Below, in pieces: positions 62,721 to 64,000 of a DNA stretch of 64,000 bases. The stretch's first letter is position 1. Each line of letters begins with the position of its first letter. Both the position numbers and the translations under genes were made by a program. The notes under the pieces are model-generated. The model did not search any database and was not told where the DNA came from. It worked only from the letters and a program-made list of their open reading frames with translations. Location of the stretch: the NCBI GenBank assembly GCA_030770535.1, contig JASVEC010000028.1:496001-560000 (forward strand). Direction: 5' to 3'. Origin of the DNA: Batkoa obscura (taxonomy: Eukaryota).

Positions 62721-62818
62721 GAGGGTGTTTTTTTTGGTTTCATCACTTTTTCCATTTTTTAAGCGCTATTTGAGCGGAAAATTTGTTAGTAAAATTCTTA
62801 AACAAAAAATACATCCCC
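62721..62818 (-). mobile_element. MITE copy; the paralogous site at 37923-37926 is empty
   Basis: Flanks ATTT/ATTT; absent from the duplicated segment. Confidence 0.93.
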
Positions 62819-62915
62819 ATTTGATAAAAAATATCATTAAAAAACTCAATTGCAGTTATTTTATTATTTGTTTATTATTTATTTAAAAATGGTTAATATA
62901 TTTTGAATTTCGCTT

Positions 62916-63926
62916 TTATCGAGAAATTATATCTTTGACTATTCTATTCAGATATTGTTGAGCATGTGTATTGGTAAGTAAAACAAAAAGAGCGGAAACA
63001 ATTCCAGAGCAACATAATAAGGAATTTGAAACAACAGCACTCAATGGAGTAGGACTAATATCGTAGGCTAAGTTAAGAATAGCAAATATAACGTCTGGTA
63101 GTAGACAGATAATATAACTTAATGTAAAGACAATTAGTTTAATTGTAGTAAATGTACGCTGTACTTTATATTGATTATCAGTATCACTAAATCGATTCAA
63201 TATTAATTTTTGATTTTGGGTAGAGTCATCATTTAATTTGGTATGTTCGCCTGGAAATTCATTCAATTTAAATACTGATGATGCAGGAATATTAATTGTT
63301 GTAGTAGGTTTAACTGCTTCACGATAAACATAAGTAACCTTGAAGTAACAAAATACAATAGTTATTAAAGACAACATACTGCGTATTACATAAGTAAAAT
63401 AGAAAAACAAATAATATGGTCGATTATCAAGCCCTGCACCAGCTTCATTGATTACTGTTAAACAAAACATATCTGTGCGAGACCAGCGATAAGTATGGTA
63501 ATGATAATTTCCTAAGGAAATACCAGATGCCAATAAAATAGAGATGGCAGATATAAAGTACCAAATCCAGTCTTTAAATTCCTTTTGATGACATACTTTC
63601 AAATACCTCATTATACTTAGAATGGCTACTAGCTCAATCGATGCTTCAATTAAAGCCATAGACAAGGTTAAATCAATAGGGCACCAAACATCATTTTTCA
63701 ACTCAGAAGGATCATACTTTATAATGATTGTACCAGCTTCAGATAAAATTATACGCAATATATTCCAAAGATAAAATACGATATCAGTGACTGAAATAAT
63801 GAATATCATAGTTAAATCACTGTTGACAAGCTTAAGTCCTAAACTTACAATAATACCTACAATTAAGTTCAATACTAATCCTATCAAAGACAGGACTAGC
63901 ATACTTATTTGGCCATCAGTTAACAT
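62916..63926 (-). CDS. Rhodopsin-like 7TM receptor, copy 2
   Basis: Close paralogue of 36822-37832; ATG start taken at MLTDGQ by alignment with copy 1. Confidence 0.85.
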   Translation of the reverse strand: MLTDGQISMLVLSLIGLVLNLIVGIIVSLGLKLVNSDLTMIFIISVTDIVFYLWNILRIILSEAGTIIIKYDPSELKNDVWCPIDLTLSMALIEASIELVAILSIMRYLKVCHQKEFKDWIWYFISAISILLASGISLGNYHYHTYRWSRTDMFCLTVINEAGAGLDNRPYYLFFYFTYVIRSMLSLITIVFCYFKVTYVYREAVKPTTTINIPASSVFKLNEFPGEHTKLNDDSTQNQKLILNRFSDTDNQYKVQRTFTTIKLIVFTLSYIICLLPDVIFAILNLAYDISPTPLSAVVSNSLLCCSGIVSALFVLLTNTHAQQYLNRIVKDIISR

Positions 63927-64000
63927 TTTAATTATTGGAAATAGACTAAACAATTTTGGAGTGATTTGGCGTTTTTATATTGCTTCAAACTAATGAGTTG

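Noticed and set aside
2157..62818. ~98-bp repeat as a CRISPR array, SINE or ncRNA family
   Set aside because: Dispersed, with TIRs and TSDs; no regular spacers, no Pol III A/B boxes and no poly(A) tail; eukaryotic context
7900..63993. Short antisense or alternate-frame ORFs over real genes, and AT-rich intergenic ORFs (e.g. 20820, 30745, 36369, 51464, 54959, 61208)
   Set aside because: Shadows of real CDSs, or I/L/F/K-rich chance frames, some running through MITEs

Overview
Very AT-rich eukaryotic (fungal) genomic DNA with many very short (~45-70 nt) spliceosomal introns. The mix of conserved fungal genes with intronless class-A-like GPCRs, Zn2Cys6/MHR-type regulators and decayed F-box/LRR genes suggests an early-diverging fungus, probably Entomophthorales-like (inference). 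Core genes: S9 peptidase (partial), tRNA-Val(AAC), RPL6, RPL2, SNX3, PP5/PPT1, VAC7, DCAF11-like WD40, fumarylacetoacetase, Phx1/Hoy1-like homeobox, ALG2 and a GH3 beta-glucosidase. Notable points: (1) an AT-AC U12-type intron in PP5; (2) about 19 copies of a ~98-bp MITE with GRG..CYC ends and mostly AWWT 4-bp target duplications (Sola-like), confirmed by an empty/filled paralogous site; (3) a ~464-bp solo-LTR family, one copy nested inside a MITE; (4) an inverted pair of bacterial-like SDR genes, nearly identical over CDS and core promoter but diverged upstream (gene-conversion pattern); (5) an inverted duplication of a convergent GPCR + secreted bacterial-type CAP protein module. All family assignments come from motif recognition by eye, not database searches.
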